In this document: positions 18,416 through 28,894 of the stretch, piece after piece
Layout of the letters: each line of letters begins with the position of its first letter
Numbering within the stretch: position 1 is the stretch's first letter
From: Solirubrobacterales bacterium
GTDB taxonomy: Bacteria; Bacillota; Clostridia; Clostridiales; Clostridiaceae
Direction: 5' to 3'
NCBI GenBank assembly: GCA_050261915.1
Contig: JBLNDT010000006.1
Span: forward strand, 37,180-101,179
DNA length: 64,000 bases
Made by a program: the position numbers and the translations under genes
The notes under the pieces: model-generated
What the model was told of the DNA's origin: nothing
The model's input: the letters and a program-made list of their open reading frames with translations, nothing else
The model's database searches: none

Positions 18416-19735
18416 GTGGTACAGTTGGAGATATTATTTGCATTTATTATATCATTTATTTTATTGATTTTATGTGTATTTAGAGGAATATTTGTAGCAT
18501 ATCCATTAGGAATAAGTTTTTTAATATTTGTATTTGTTGCAGTAAAGCGTGGAAATGGACTTAAAAAGGTGGCAGTCCTTGCTTTTGAAGGAAGCAAAAA
18601 ATCAGTAACCATATTGAAAATATTCATTTTAATAGGTGGTATAACGGCAATATGGATGTCTTCGGGAACTGTAGCTGCAATAGTATTTTATGGGATAGAA
18701 TTTTTGAAGCCTGACATTTTCGTGCTTTCAGCATTTTTAATATGTTGCTTTGTATCCTTTCTTATAGGCACTTCCTTTGGAACCATAGGTACTGTAGGGA
18801 TAGCACTAATGGTAATAGCAAGAGGCGGCGGCGTAAGCGTGCCGGTTGCTGCAGGGGCAATAATCGCAGGAGCTTATTTTGGGGACAGGTGTTCACCCAT
18901 GTCCTCAAGCGCAAATCTTGTAGGAGCAATAACAGGGACAAATATATATGAAAATATAAAGAACATGTTTAAAACCAGCATTATTCCATTTGTACTAGCT
19001 ATTGCAATATACTTTGTTGTTTCCCTTATATATCCTTTAAACAACTCAGGGAATTATTTAAATAGTGAAATAATAAAGGTTTTTAAAATAAACATAATAG
19101 TTCTTATACCTGCATTAATAATGCTGGCATTTTCCATATTCAAGGTGGATGTTAAACTGTCCATGCTTATTAGTGTTTTAACAGCAGTATTTATCAGTAT
19201 ATATGTACAAAATTATTCTTTATATCAATGTATAAATTATATGATGTTTGGGTATAATATGCCTGTAGATAGTCCCTTAAGCTCAATAATAAAGGGGGGA
19301 GGGATATTATCAATGCTTAAAACTGCATTGGTGGTGTTTATATCCTCTGCCTTTTCAGGTATATTTGAAGGAACAGGGATGCTTAACAGAATTCAGGACA
19401 TTTTAGACAATGCAAAAAACAGATATGAGGTATTTCGTAATGTTGCCTTAACAAGTATGGCAACTTCAATGTTTGGCTGCAGTCAGTCCTTAGCTGTAAT
19501 AATGACTGAAATGCTTAATAAAAAGAGCTATATAAAAAACGGGATTCCAAAGGAACAAAGTGCAGTGGACCTTGAAAATACAGCAATTATAATATCACCC
19601 CTTATTCCATGGAATGTTGCTCTATTGGTTCCTATGGTAAATTTACGGGCAGATTTTAAGTGTATACCATTTATTGTATACCTATATTTAATACCATTAT
19701 TTAATCTTGCATATTACAAAATTAAGGCGAAATAA
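18416..19735 (+). CDS. Na+/H+ antiporter NhaC family membrane protein
   Basis: Polytopic membrane protein of about 440 aa with NhaC-like segments (GTSFGTIGTVGIALM, GAYFGDRCSPMSSSANL). Start may be the TTG at 18425. Confidence 0.8.
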   Translation: MVQLEILFAFIISFILLILCVFRGIFVAYPLGISFLIFVFVAVKRGNGLKKVAVLAFEGSKKSVTILKIFILIGGITAIWMSSGTVAAIVFYGIEFLKPDIFVLSAFLICCFVSFLIGTSFGTIGTVGIALMVIARGGGVSVPVAAGAIIAGAYFGDRCSPMSSSANLVGAITGTNIYENIKNMFKTSIIPFVLAIAIYFVVSLIYPLNNSGNYLNSEIIKVFKINIIVLIPALIMLAFSIFKVDVKLSMLISVLTAVFISIYVQNYSLYQCINYMMFGYNMPVDSPLSSIIKGGGILSMLKTALVVFISSAFSGIFEGTGMLNRIQDILDNAKNRYEVFRNVALTSMATSMFGCSQSLAVIMTEMLNKKSYIKNGIPKEQSAVDLENTAIIISPLIPWNVALLVPMVNLRADFKCIPFIVYLYLIPLFNLAYYKIKAK

Positions 19736-19764
19736 TTGACAGGGTTGATATTTTATAATATAAT
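19736..19764 (+). promoter_or_regulatory. consensus sigma-A promoter for the ileS leader
   Basis: TTGACA (19736-19741), 17-nt spacer, TATAAT (19759-19764). Confidence 0.55.
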
Positions 19765-19769
19765 TATGA

Positions 19770-20027
19770 AAATCAATAATTGTTTACAAAGGAAAATGTG
19801 TTGAACAGGAAAAGTAGTTAAATCAGTTACTTAAAGAGAGTGGATGCTGGTGGGAATCCATAGGAAAGGTTTAATGAAAATCACCTGGGAGCAGGAAACT
19901 GAAAGGTATGCCAAGTAAGTTTTTTCGTAATCCTGCGTTAAAGGATATGGCATGTTTGTGTTGAAAGTCAATACCGTAGGTGGTACAGCGAATTTTACTT
20001 CGTCCTATTTTGGACGAAGTTTTTTTA
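19770..20027 (+). promoter_or_regulatory. T-box leader (Ile-specific) with terminator
   Basis: AGAGAG element. GAAAAUCA specifier loop with AUC at 19880-19882. T-box core TAGGTGGTACAGCG at 19977-19990. Terminator ACTTCGTCC/GGACGAAGT plus T7 at 19997-20027. Confidence 0.85.
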
Positions 20028-20053
20028 TATTATCAATGAGGGGAGATAAAAAT

Positions 20054-23000
20054 ATGTATAAGAAAGTGGATAACTCAAGAACCTTTGTTCAAATGGAAAA
20101 AGATGTTTTGGAACTTTGGAATGAAAAGGGTGTTATCAAAAAAAGTTTTGATTTAAACCAAGGTGCAGAATATTTTACATTTTATGACGGTCCTCCAACA
20201 GCAAACGGAAAACCTCATATAGGACACGTATTAACAAGGGTTATCAAGGATTTGATTCCTAGATATAAGGTAATGAAGGGGTACAGAGTACTTAGAAAAG
20301 CAGGATGGGATACCCATGGACTTCCTGTTGAACTAGAAGTTGAAAAACAGCTTGGAATTTCTGGTAAGCCTCAGATAGAAGAATACGGAGTTGAGGAATT
20401 TACAAAAAAATGTAAAGAAAGCGTGTTTACATATGTATCACAATGGAAGGAAATGTCCGAGAGACTTGGTTTCTGGGTAGACATGGAGAACCCATATGTA
20501 ACTTATCACAACACATACATTGAGTCAGTATGGTGGTCCTTAAAGCAAATGTGGGAAAAGGATCTTATGTATAAAGGTCATAAGGTTGTGCCTTATTGCC
20601 CTAGATGCGGAACTGCTCTTTCATCTCACGAGGTATCACAAGGATACAAGGATGTAAAGGAATCTTCAGTATATGTTAAGTTTAAAGTTGTAGGTCAGGA
20701 TAAATATATCCTTGCTTGGACAACAACTCCATGGACACTTCCAAGTAACGTTGCTCTTGCTATAAATAAGGCATATACTTATGTGGAAGTTGTAAATAAT
20801 GGTGAAAATCTTATTCTTGCCAAGGATCTGCTTGAAACTCTTATTGGCGAATATGAGGTTGTAAGAGAGTTCAAGGGCGAAGAACTTGTTGGGTTAGAAT
20901 ACGAGCAGATGTTTAAATTTGCAAAGGTGGATAAAAAGGCATTTTATGTTGTGCATGCAGACTATGTTACTCTTACAGATGGTACTGGTATAGTTCATAC
21001 TGCACCAGCATTTGGTGAGGACGATAACATAACGGGTAAAAAGTATGACCTTCCACTTATAAATCTTGTAGATACCCAGGGAAGATTTACAGAGGAAGTT
21101 ACACCTTGGAAGGGTAAATTTGTTAAGGATGTTGATTCTAAGATAATAGACAGCCTTAGAGAAAGCAATATTCTTTATAAAGAAGAAAAATTTGAACACT
21201 CCTATCCATTCTGCTGGAGATGTAATACTCCATTACTTTACTATCCTAGAGACACCTGGTTCATAAGAATGTCTTCCTTAAGAGGCAAACTCGTTAAAAA
21301 TACTAATGATACAAATTGGTATCCTGACAATGTAAGAACAGGAAGGTTTGGGAAATTTGTAGAAGGAGCTATTGACTGGGGCTTAAGCCGTGAAAGATAC
21401 TGGGGAACTCCACTTCCTGTATGGGAATGTGATTGCGGCCATAAAGAATGTATAGGAAGCATAGCAGAGCTTAAAGAAAAAGGAATTGATGTTCCAGAGA
21501 ACATTGAGCTTCATAAGCCATATATTGATGCAGTTAAACTCAGATGCAGCAAATGCGGTAAGGAAATGACCAGATCTACGGAAGTTATTGACTGCTGGTA
21601 TGATTCAGGAGCAATGCCTTTTGCACAACATCACTATCCATTTGAAAACAAGGAGATTTTTGAACAAAATTTCCCTGCACAGTTTATTTCTGAAGCAGTA
21701 GACCAAACAAGAGGATGGTTCTATTCACTTATGGCAATATCCACTTGTATTTTTGACAAGAGTTCCTTTGAAAACTGCGTAGTGCTTGGACACGTTCTTG
21801 ATAAACACGGCTTAAAGATGTCAAAGTCCAAGGGCAATGTATTAAGTCCGACTACAGTCCTTGAAAATGAAGGTGCTGATGCTTCAAGATGGTACTTCTA
21901 TACTGCAAGTGCACCATGGCTTCCATCAAGATTTTATGAGGAAGCTGTTCAAGACAGCCAAAGAAAATTCCTGGGCACACTTTGGAACGTATATTCCTTC
22001 TATGTGCTTTATGCAGATATTGATAACTTTAATCCACTAGACTACAAGGAATTTAAGAGTGAGCACGTTATGGACAAATGGATAACTGCAAAATTAAATT
22101 CACTTATAAAAGAAACAGAGGATTACCTTGATAATTACAAGATTACAGAAGCTGCCAAGAATGTAGGAGAATTCGTTGATGAACTTTCCAACTGGTACGT
22201 TAGAAGAAACAGGGCAAGATTCTGGAGCGAAGAGCTTACAGATGATAAAATAGGAGCTTATGTAACACTTTACAGAGTGCTTAACACATTATGCCTTGTT
22301 GCTGCACCATTTGTTCCATTTATGACAGAAGAGATATACCAGAACCTTGTTGTAAGTCTTGATCCAAATGCAAAGGAAAGCATACATCTATGCAAATGGC
22401 CTGTTTATGATGAAGCCTTAGTTGATGCTGAATTGGTTGAAGACATGGAAGATGCCTACAAGATAGTTAAACTTGGAAGAAGCACAAGAAATGGAGCAAA
22501 CATAAAGAACAGGCAGCCTCTTTCAGAAATGCTTGTAAGCACAAAATCACTTCCTGAATATTATGGAGACATAATAAAGGAAGAACTTAATATTAAGGAA
22601 ATTGTATTTGGAGCAGATTTATCAAAATACGTAAGCTTTGATATAAAACCTAATCTACCAGTACTTGGAAAAGAATATGGAAAGATGATTCCTGCTATAA
22701 GGAAAGAAATTTCTGCAATGGATCAGATGGATCTGGCACAGAGAATAATTGCCGGGGAAATAGTGTATATAACCATTGACGAAGAAGATATTCCTCTTTC
22801 AGAGGAGAACCTACTTGTAACAATGCAGGGGCTTGAAGGATTTGCATTTGCAGGAGAAGGTCCTGTGGGAGTTGTTCTTGATACTCATATCACAGAAGAA
22901 CTAAAGGAAGAAGGTCTTGTAAGAGAAATACTAAGCAAGGTTCAAAATATGAGAAAAGACAGCGGTTTTGAAGTAGCAGATAAAATTAAACTTTATGTTT

Positions 23001-23158
23001 CCCAAAATGAAGGCCTTGAAGCAGTAATAAGGAAAAATGAAGATTTAATAAAGAAAGAAACTCTTGCTGTGGATGTTATATACAATGAAAACAAGGAATA
23101 TACAGAATGCAATATTAACGGCGAAAAGCTTAATATGTTTGTAGAAATTACAGAATAA
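20054..23158 (+). CDS. ileS: isoleucine--tRNA ligase (long, type-2-like form)
   Basis: [11 protein letters not shown] (HIGH) and KMSKSKGN motifs, CP1 editing domain. ATG 20054 follows the GAGGGGAG RBS. The track start at 19952 lies inside the T-box terminator. Confidence 0.95.
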   Translation: MYKKVDNSRTFVQMEKDVLELWNEKGVIKKSFDLNQGAEYFTFYDGPPTANGKPHIGHVLTRVIKDLIPRYKVMKGYRVLRKAGWDTHGLPVELEVEKQLGISGKPQIEEYGVEEFTKKCKESVFTYVSQWKEMSERLGFWVDMENPYVTYHNTYIESVWWSLKQMWEKDLMYKGHKVVPYCPRCGTALSSHEVSQGYKDVKESSVYVKFKVVGQDKYILAWTTTPWTLPSNVALAINKAYTYVEVVNNGENLILAKDLLETLIGEYEVVREFKGEELVGLEYEQMFKFAKVDKKAFYVVHADYVTLTDGTGIVHTAPAFGEDDNITGKKYDLPLINLVDTQGRFTEEVTPWKGKFVKDVDSKIIDSLRESNILYKEEKFEHSYPFCWRCNTPLLYYPRDTWFIRMSSLRGKLVKNTNDTNWYPDNVRTGRFGKFVEGAIDWGLSRERYWGTPLPVWECDCGHKECIGSIAELKEKGIDVPENIELHKPYIDAVKLRCSKCGKEMTRSTEVIDCWYDSGAMPFAQHHYPFENKEIFEQNFPAQFISEAVDQTRGWFYSLMAISTCIFDKSSFENCVVLGHVLDKHGLKMSKSKGNVLSPTTVLENEGADASRWYFYTASAPWLPSRFYEEAVQDSQRKFLGTLWNVYSFYVLYADIDNFNPLDYKEFKSEHVMDKWITAKLNSLIKETEDYLDNYKITEAAKNVGEFVDELSNWYVRRNRARFWSEELTDDKIGAYVTLYRVLNTLCLVAAPFVPFMTEEIYQNLVVSLDPNAKESIHLCKWPVYDEALVDAELVEDMEDAYKIVKLGRSTRNGANIKNRQPLSEMLVSTKSLPEYYGDIIKEELNIKEIVFGADLSKYVSFDIKPNLPVLGKEYGKMIPAIRKEISAMDQMDLAQRIIAGEIVYITIDEEDIPLSEENLLVTMQGLEGFAFAGEGPVGVVLDTHITEELKEEGLVREILSKVQNMRKDSGFEVADKIKLYVSQNEGLEAVIRKNEDLIKKETLAVDVIYNENKEYTECNINGEKLNMFVEITE

Positions 23159-23164
23159 TTTATA

Positions 23165-23200
23165 AAAATGCATGCAGTTAATAATAATTGCATGCATTTT
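23165..23200 (+). terminator. hairpin terminator after ileS
   Basis: ATGCATGCA-N12-TGCATGCAT hairpin followed by TTTT. Confidence 0.6.
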
Positions 23201-23271
23201 ACCTTAAATTTATTGTGCAATTCCAAATTTATAAGTATAATTATTAGAAAAAACTTTTGGAGGTTGATAAT

Positions 23272-24267
23272 ATGGCAGCGTCAATAAAGGATGTGGCAAA
23301 GGAAGCTGGAGTTTCAATTGCCACCGTATCCAGGGTGCTAAATGATATAGACGTGGTTAATGAAGACACAAAGGCCAAAGTAAAAGATGCCATAGCAAAA
23401 TTGGGATACAGACCTAATATAGTGGCAAGAAGCCTCAAAACTCAAAAAACTAAAACAGTTGGTATAATAATTCCAGATATATCAAATCAATTTTATCCGG
23501 AAATTGTAAGAGGAGCAGAGGATGTAGCAAATATTTACGATTACAATATTATGCTCTGCAATACGGATCTTGATAAGGAAAAGGAAATAGAATATCTGAA
23601 GATACTTAAGGAAAAGATGTGTGATGGTATTTTATATATGAGTAATTCCCTGGAGCAGGATATTATTGAACTTTTAAATGAATTGATGCTTCCTACAGTT
23701 CTAATTGAAAACACAGATTCCACCGGGAGAATACCAAGCGTATCAATAGATAATGAAAAAGCTGCTTTTGACGGAGTGAATTATTTAATAAGCAAGGGAA
23801 ATAAAAGAATTGCCTATGTTGGAGCGGATAAATCCTATAATAGTGTTAGTGCAGCAAGATTTGCAGGGTATGAAAAGGCTCTTAAGCAAAATGAAATATT
23901 ACTTGATGATAATCTAATATCATTTTCAGGGAAGAAAGCAAAGAATGGTTTTGACGGGATAACAAAAATACTGGAAAAAACCAGTTTTGATGCAGTGTTC
24001 TGTACTGAGGATGAAGTGGCAATGGGTGTAATAAACGGATTAAGAGAAATGGGAATAGATGTTCCAAAACAGGTTGATGTAATAGGCTTTGACAACATTT
24101 ATTCATCCTCCATATTTTATCCAAAGCTCACTACAGTTGCTCAGCCTATGTATGATATGGGCTCCGTTGGGATGAGGATGCTTATTAAGGTAATTAACAA
24201 TAGCGAACTTGAAATTAAGAATTATATACTTGACCATGAAATAATCGAAAGAAGTTCTTGTAAGTAA
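23272..24267 (+). CDS. LacI family transcriptional regulator, CcpA-like
   Basis: IKDVAKEAGVSIATVSRVLN HTH. IIPDISNQFYPEIVRGAEDVANIYDYNIMLCNTD closely parallels the B. subtilis CcpA core as I remember it. No sugar operon is adjacent. Confidence 0.8.
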   Translation: MAASIKDVAKEAGVSIATVSRVLNDIDVVNEDTKAKVKDAIAKLGYRPNIVARSLKTQKTKTVGIIIPDISNQFYPEIVRGAEDVANIYDYNIMLCNTDLDKEKEIEYLKILKEKMCDGILYMSNSLEQDIIELLNELMLPTVLIENTDSTGRIPSVSIDNEKAAFDGVNYLISKGNKRIAYVGADKSYNSVSAARFAGYEKALKQNEILLDDNLISFSGKKAKNGFDGITKILEKTSFDAVFCTEDEVAMGVINGLREMGIDVPKQVDVIGFDNIYSSSIFYPKLTTVAQPMYDMGSVGMRMLIKVINNSELEIKNYILDHEIIERSSCK

Positions 24268-24355
24268 AATATGTGTTAACAATAAGGAATTGCCTTTTCT
24301 TATTATAGTTAATAATATATAATAGAGAATAGATTATTCAGGAAGGGAAGTATTT

Positions 24356-24967
24356 ATGGTTGAAGGTTTGATTAATATTGTTATAGCAATATTAGATAAA
24401 GTAGGTTACATAGGTATTTTTTTCGGTATGGCTCTGGAAAGTGCATGTATTCCAATACCTAGTGAAGCAATTCTGCCTTTTGGAGGATTTCTAAGTTATT
24501 TAGGAAGATTAAATATATATTTAACTATATTGCTTGGAACCCTTGGAGGTACATTAGGTTCCTTGGCAGCATATTATCTAGGTAAGCTTGGGGGAAGACC
24601 TTTGGTTGAAAAATATGCTGATAAAATAAGGCTTAACAGAGCTCACCTTGAGAAAAGCGATTATTACTTCAATAGGTATGGTGAAAAAATTGTGTTTTAT
24701 TCAAGGCTAATGCCAATTATAAGAACATTTATATCACTGCCTGCAGGAATAAGCAGGATGGATGTAAAGAAGTTTACAATATATACCTTTGCAGGTTCAT
24801 TGCTTTGGAGTATAATTTTAGGCTATGCAGGTTTTGTAATGGGACAGAATTGGGTGCTTATGAGAAGCTGGTTCCATTTTGCAGATATTTTAGTAGCTGC
24901 AGCAATAGTTATATTTGCTCTATATAAGTTTATAACAAGAACAAAAACAAAAAAAGTGAATGCTTAA
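24356..24967 (+). CDS. DedA family membrane protein
   Basis: ESACIPIPSEAILPFGG and SRLMPIIRTFISLPAG, the DedA/SNARE-associated signature. Confidence 0.85.
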   Translation: MVEGLINIVIAILDKVGYIGIFFGMALESACIPIPSEAILPFGGFLSYLGRLNIYLTILLGTLGGTLGSLAAYYLGKLGGRPLVEKYADKIRLNRAHLEKSDYYFNRYGEKIVFYSRLMPIIRTFISLPAGISRMDVKKFTIYTFAGSLLWSIILGYAGFVMGQNWVLMRSWFHFADILVAAAIVIFALYKFITRTKTKKVNA

Positions 24968-24974
24968 AGTATTT

Positions 24975-25021
24975 AAAACAGCACTTAATGCATATATAAT
25001 TGTATTAAGTGCTGTTTTTTA
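24975..25021 (+). terminator. intrinsic terminator after dedA
   Basis: AAAACAGCACTTAAT ... ATTAAGTGCTGTTTT long hairpin followed by T6. Confidence 0.8.
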
Positions 25022-25094
25022 AAATAATTTGAGCACTTTACAAACTGTTTTTTAAGTACTATCCTAATATATATGGTGTTGAGGGGGGATTTGT

Positions 25095-26843
25095 TTGACT
25101 ATAGACGAACTTATTTTTAAAGTTAAAGATATAATGACAATGGATTTTATTGAAGTCAATAAGGGAGAAACTATAAAGAACGCCTCCAATAAAATGATAC
25201 AGCGGTATAGGGATGAAGTGCTGATAGTAGACGAAGATCATTACCTTAAAGGTGTTTTTACCATGAAAGACCTGGCGAGGATTGAAAAAGAAAAGGTATC
25301 CTACGATGATCCAGTTATAAAACATGCTGTTAAAGACATAATATCAATAGACCCTTTAAAGTCTGCTAGAAATGCCAGGGATCTTATGGTTAAGAAAAAA
25401 ATCGGAAGACTCCCGGTGCTTAAGGATGGAAAAGTAATTGGAATAGTAACCAGTGAGAACATAAGGGATAGTTTTTATCTTAAGCTGGATGAACTTTTTT
25501 CTCTTCAGAACAATATAATGGATAATCTTCATGAGGGTATTTGCATAATAGATGAAAACGGCATGGTGCAGTATTGGAATAGAAGCTCGGAAACATTGTA
25601 CAATGTTTCTTCCAAAAGAATACTTCATCACCATTTAGGAGAGTTTTTTAAGAACGCCATGGCACTTCAGGTTTTAAAGACCGGAAAAAGAGTGGACAAT
25701 GTATTGCATGAACCTACTGAAGGGAAACTTGTTATATTAAGTGCAGTTCCAATTTTTAACATGCACGGAAAAATAATTGCTGCTGTTTCAACGGACAGGG
25801 ATGTTACAGAAGCTATGAAGCTGTCAAAGGAACTTGAGGCGGAAAAGAAAAAGGTGGAATTCCTAGAGAAGGAATATAAAAAGGAAATTTCATTAAAATA
25901 CAATTTTTCTTCTATAATAGGAAAGAATAAAAAAATAATTGATGCAATAACTGTTGCCCAAAAAGTAGCATCCACTTCCACCAGTGTACTGATTACGGGA
26001 AAGAGTGGAACAGGAAAAGAGGTTTTTGCAAAAGCAATCCATGAAGCAAGTGGAAGAAGCGGGAACTTTGTGGCTATAAACTGTAGTGCAATTCCTGAAA
26101 ATCTTTTTGAAAGCGAACTTTTCGGGTATGTGGAAGGTGCTTTTACTGGAGCTGTTAAAAAAGGAAAAATCGGAAAATTTGAATTTGCAAATAATGGTAC
26201 ATTGTTTTTAGATGAAATAGGAGATATGCCCCTTGAGATGCAGGTTAAGATACTAAGAGTGCTTCAAGATGGGGTTATTTACAGGCTTGGAAGTGAAAAG
26301 GCAATAGGAACTGATACCAGGATAATTGCAGCTACAAATAAGGATCTTATGAAGCTTATCAATGAAAATAAATTCAGAGAGGACTTATTTTACAGGCTTG
26401 CAGTAGTTCAGATAAAGCTTCCGCCGCTTAATGAAAGGAAGGAAGATATACGGGATCTGGCAAACTTGTTCTTAGATGAAGTTTCTTCCCAGGAGGGAAT
26501 TGAAATAAATTATATTGATGAAAAGGTATATAATATATTAAACAGCTATAAGTGGGATGGTAATATAAGGGAATTAAAGAATGTTGTTCAGAGGATGGTG
26601 GTGCTGTCAAACGGAGGCAGGATAACTATAGATTCTATTCCTGAATATATAATTGAAAGTGCCTATGCTCAGGAGGAAGAAAATATAGAAGCTTATGATC
26701 TGGATAAAATTGTTGAAAATGTTGAAAGAAAAACCATTAGGGAAGTTATGAAAATATCCAGTGGAAACAAGCAAAGGGCAGCACAAATGTTGAAAATAAA
26801 GAGAAGCACCTTGTACTATAAGCTAGATAAATATGGGATTTAA
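25095..26843 (+). CDS. prdR: sigma-54-dependent activator (CBS pair, PAS, AAA+, Fis-type HTH); proline reductase regulator
   Basis: GKSGTGKE Walker A, GAFTGA sigma-54 contact loop, C-terminal QRAAQMLKIKRSTLYYKL HTH. Located directly upstream of a -24/-12 promoter and prdC. Confidence 0.8.
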   Translation: MTIDELIFKVKDIMTMDFIEVNKGETIKNASNKMIQRYRDEVLIVDEDHYLKGVFTMKDLARIEKEKVSYDDPVIKHAVKDIISIDPLKSARNARDLMVKKKIGRLPVLKDGKVIGIVTSENIRDSFYLKLDELFSLQNNIMDNLHEGICIIDENGMVQYWNRSSETLYNVSSKRILHHHLGEFFKNAMALQVLKTGKRVDNVLHEPTEGKLVILSAVPIFNMHGKIIAAVSTDRDVTEAMKLSKELEAEKKKVEFLEKEYKKEISLKYNFSSIIGKNKKIIDAITVAQKVASTSTSVLITGKSGTGKEVFAKAIHEASGRSGNFVAINCSAIPENLFESELFGYVEGAFTGAVKKGKIGKFEFANNGTLFLDEIGDMPLEMQVKILRVLQDGVIYRLGSEKAIGTDTRIIAATNKDLMKLINENKFREDLFYRLAVVQIKLPPLNERKEDIRDLANLFLDEVSSQEGIEINYIDEKVYNILNSYKWDGNIRELKNVVQRMVVLSNGGRITIDSIPEYIIESAYAQEEENIEAYDLDKIVENVERKTIREVMKISSGNKQRAAQMLKIKRSTLYYKLDKYGI

Positions 26844-26855
26844 TATTAAAAATCA

Positions 26856-26886
26856 ATGCGTGTCAGTTATCTGACATGCATTTTTC
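26856..26886 (+). terminator. intrinsic terminator after prdR
   Basis: ATGCGTGTCAG-TTAT-CTGACATGCAT hairpin followed by T5. Confidence 0.8.
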
Positions 26887-26979
26887 ATTTTTTGAAGGTT
26901 TAAAATTTATTATTGAAGATAAATCTAGGTTTCAAAAATGTGTGTCAAAAAAATGACACAAAACGTCAAAAAAACGACA
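26861..26979. promoter_or_regulatory. three copies of NGTCA-N6-NGACA, candidate PrdR upstream activating sites
   Basis: TGTCAgttatcTGACA (26861-26876), TGTGTCAaaaaaaTGACACA (26941-26960) and CGTCAaaaaaaCGACA (26964-26979). They lie about 100-220 bp upstream of the sigma-54 promoter. Confidence 0.4.
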
Positions 26980-27077
26980 TATTTCAAGTGTAACGTTTAC
27001 ACAAAATTTCGGACAAACTATTGCAAAATCAAATAGAATGGCATACATGCAATAACAAAAACACATACTAAATACAT

Positions 27078-27093
27078 TGGCATGAAAATTGCT
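27078..27093 (+). promoter_or_regulatory. sigma-54 (-24/-12) promoter of the prd operon
   Basis: TGGCATgaaaaTTGCT matches TGGCAC-N5-TTGCW. It sits 36 nt upstream of the prdC ATG. Confidence 0.75.
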
Positions 27094-27128
27094 TTATAAA
27101 AACGTATCAATAATAAAGGAGGTACCTT

Positions 27129-28418
27129 ATGGGGATTTGTTATAATTTTCCTTTAAAAATGCATGTAGGAGCACCAGATGCTGCTATTGTAAAAGAGGGA
27201 CAGGAAGTTAAAAGAGGAGAATGCATTGCTGAGCCAAATGGTTTAGGTGCTAAAATACATTCCAGCGTATCAGGAAAGGTTTCTAAGGTAACAGATACTG
27301 AAATTGTTATAGAAGCATTTGAAAACCAGACTGAGGACTATGTGAAAATTAAAGAATGTGAAACCATAGCAGATACTGTTTATGAAGCAGGAATTGTTGG
27401 GGCTGGAGGAGCAGGCTTTCCAACACACATTAAGTTAAAAACACAGATTCCTGAAGGTTATATAATAGCAAACTGTGTTGAATGCGAGCCGGCACTCTAT
27501 CATAATATAAAGCTTGCTGTGGAAACACCTGAGGTTATGATAAAAGGCATAAGATATGCTATGAGATCTACAGGTGCACCTAAGGCTTATATTGCAATAA
27601 AAGCAAAGAACAAAGAGGCTGTGGCTTCATTAAATAAATATTTAAATGGAGACAGCAGTATTCAGGTTAAAGAGCTGAGAGATTTATACCCAATGGGTGA
27701 AGAAAGAGCAATAATTCATGAAATATTCGGCACATGGCTTGAACCTACCCAGCTTCCTGTAGAGGCAAATTGCGTTGTTTTAAATGCTGAGACTCTTGCA
27801 AATATTGCAAAAGCTGTGGAGCTAAGAAAGCCAGTAATAGATAAGGATGTAACTATAATTGGAAAGCTTAAAACAGGAAATAAACCAAATGTTTATATGT
27901 CTGTACCTGTAGGAACTTCAATAAAATGCCTTATTGAAAAGGCAGGAGGAATTGATGGAGAATATGGAGAGCTTATTGTAGGGGGCCCATATACAGGAAA
28001 ATCAGAAGATATAGAAACTGCTGGGATTACAAAAACCACTGGAGGAGGAATCATAACAATACCTCTGCCAGAATACAAAGGGGACCTTGGACTTCTTGTT
28101 TGTGCTTGTGGTGCAAATGAAGAAAGATTAAGAGATGTGGCGGCAAAGATGAAGGCAAATGTTGCTTCAGTTACAAACTGTAAAAATATAGTTGAAATAA
28201 AAGGGGCCTTAAAATGTAAGACCCCGGGTGAATGACCAGGCCAAACAGCTGCTGTATTGCAGCTAAAGAAAGAAGGAGCAAAAAGGATATTAATAGCAAA
28301 CTGCAGTGACTGTTCAAATACAGTTATGAGTTGTGCTCCTAAAATGAAAATTCCGGTTTATCACCATACAGATCATGTATTTAGAACAATAGACCATGCA
28401 TTAACAAGAAGACTATAA
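27129..28418 (+). CDS. prdC: proline reductase electron-transfer subunit PrdC (RnfC-like), with in-frame UGA (probable Sec) at 28233-28235
   Basis: RnfC-like GAGGAGFPTH motif. The ORF track stops at TGA 28235, but the same frame continues for 60 sense codons to TAA 28418, with a SECIS-like hairpin after the UGA. RBS AAGGAGG. Confidence 0.75.
28247..28264 (+). promoter_or_regulatory. SECIS-like hairpin downstream of the prdC UGA
   Basis: AGCTGC-TGTATT-GCAGCT, starting 11 nt after the UGA. Confidence 0.5.
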
Positions 28419-28436
28419 AATAGGAGGTAGAAATTT

Positions 28437-28850
28437 ATGTCAATGAGTGCAGAACATGCAGCAGAGTTAAAAAATGAATTAGCAATAGTTTGCTGCAGAA
28501 CAGAGGAAGGAACAGTAATATCAGCAGACAATCTTGAGGATCCTGCAATATTTCCGGATATGGTGGATTCAGGACTTCTAACAATTCCTGATAACTGTTT
28601 AAAAATAGGTGAGGTTCTAGGCGCTAAGCTGCTTAAGACAATTGATTCACTTACTCCGCTAACACCTGATTCATTAGAAGGGATTGTAAAAGCAGCAGAG
28701 GAAAAAAAGGAAGAACCTTCTGTGCCAGTGGTTGAAGAAGCTGCTGAAGAAATCCAGGAATTTGAAGAAGCTGAAGTATCTTGCGAAGGCGGTATTTTAA
28801 GAATAAAAATTGAAGAAGGAAAAGGCATAGACATAGAATTTCCGCTTTAA
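28437..28850 (+). CDS. stand-alone paralogue of the PrdA N-terminal region (137 aa)
   Basis: 73 of its first 82 residues are identical to PrdA residues 1-82, and its last 20 residues match PrdA 189-208 at 17 of 20 positions (manual alignment). Strong RBS TAGGAGG. Intact ORF. Confidence 0.75.
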   Translation: MSMSAEHAAELKNELAIVCCRTEEGTVISADNLEDPAIFPDMVDSGLLTIPDNCLKIGEVLGAKLLKTIDSLTPLTPDSLEGIVKAAEEKKEEPSVPVVEEAAEEIQEFEEAEVSCEGGILRIKIEEGKGIDIEFPL

Positions 28851-28894
28851 CAGCAGAGTTTTATATATAAATTTAGAGAAGGGAGGAATTTTAT

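Noticed and set aside
18742-18951. Arg-rich + strand ORF inside the nhaC-family gene (alternate frame)
   Set aside because: It is an out-of-frame artefact within a clearly coding membrane-protein gene.
19952-20053. N-terminal extension of IleS given by the ORF track ([15 protein letters not shown]...)
   Set aside because: This stretch contains the T-box core and terminator hairpin. The real start is ATG 20054, downstream of a GAGGGGAG RBS.
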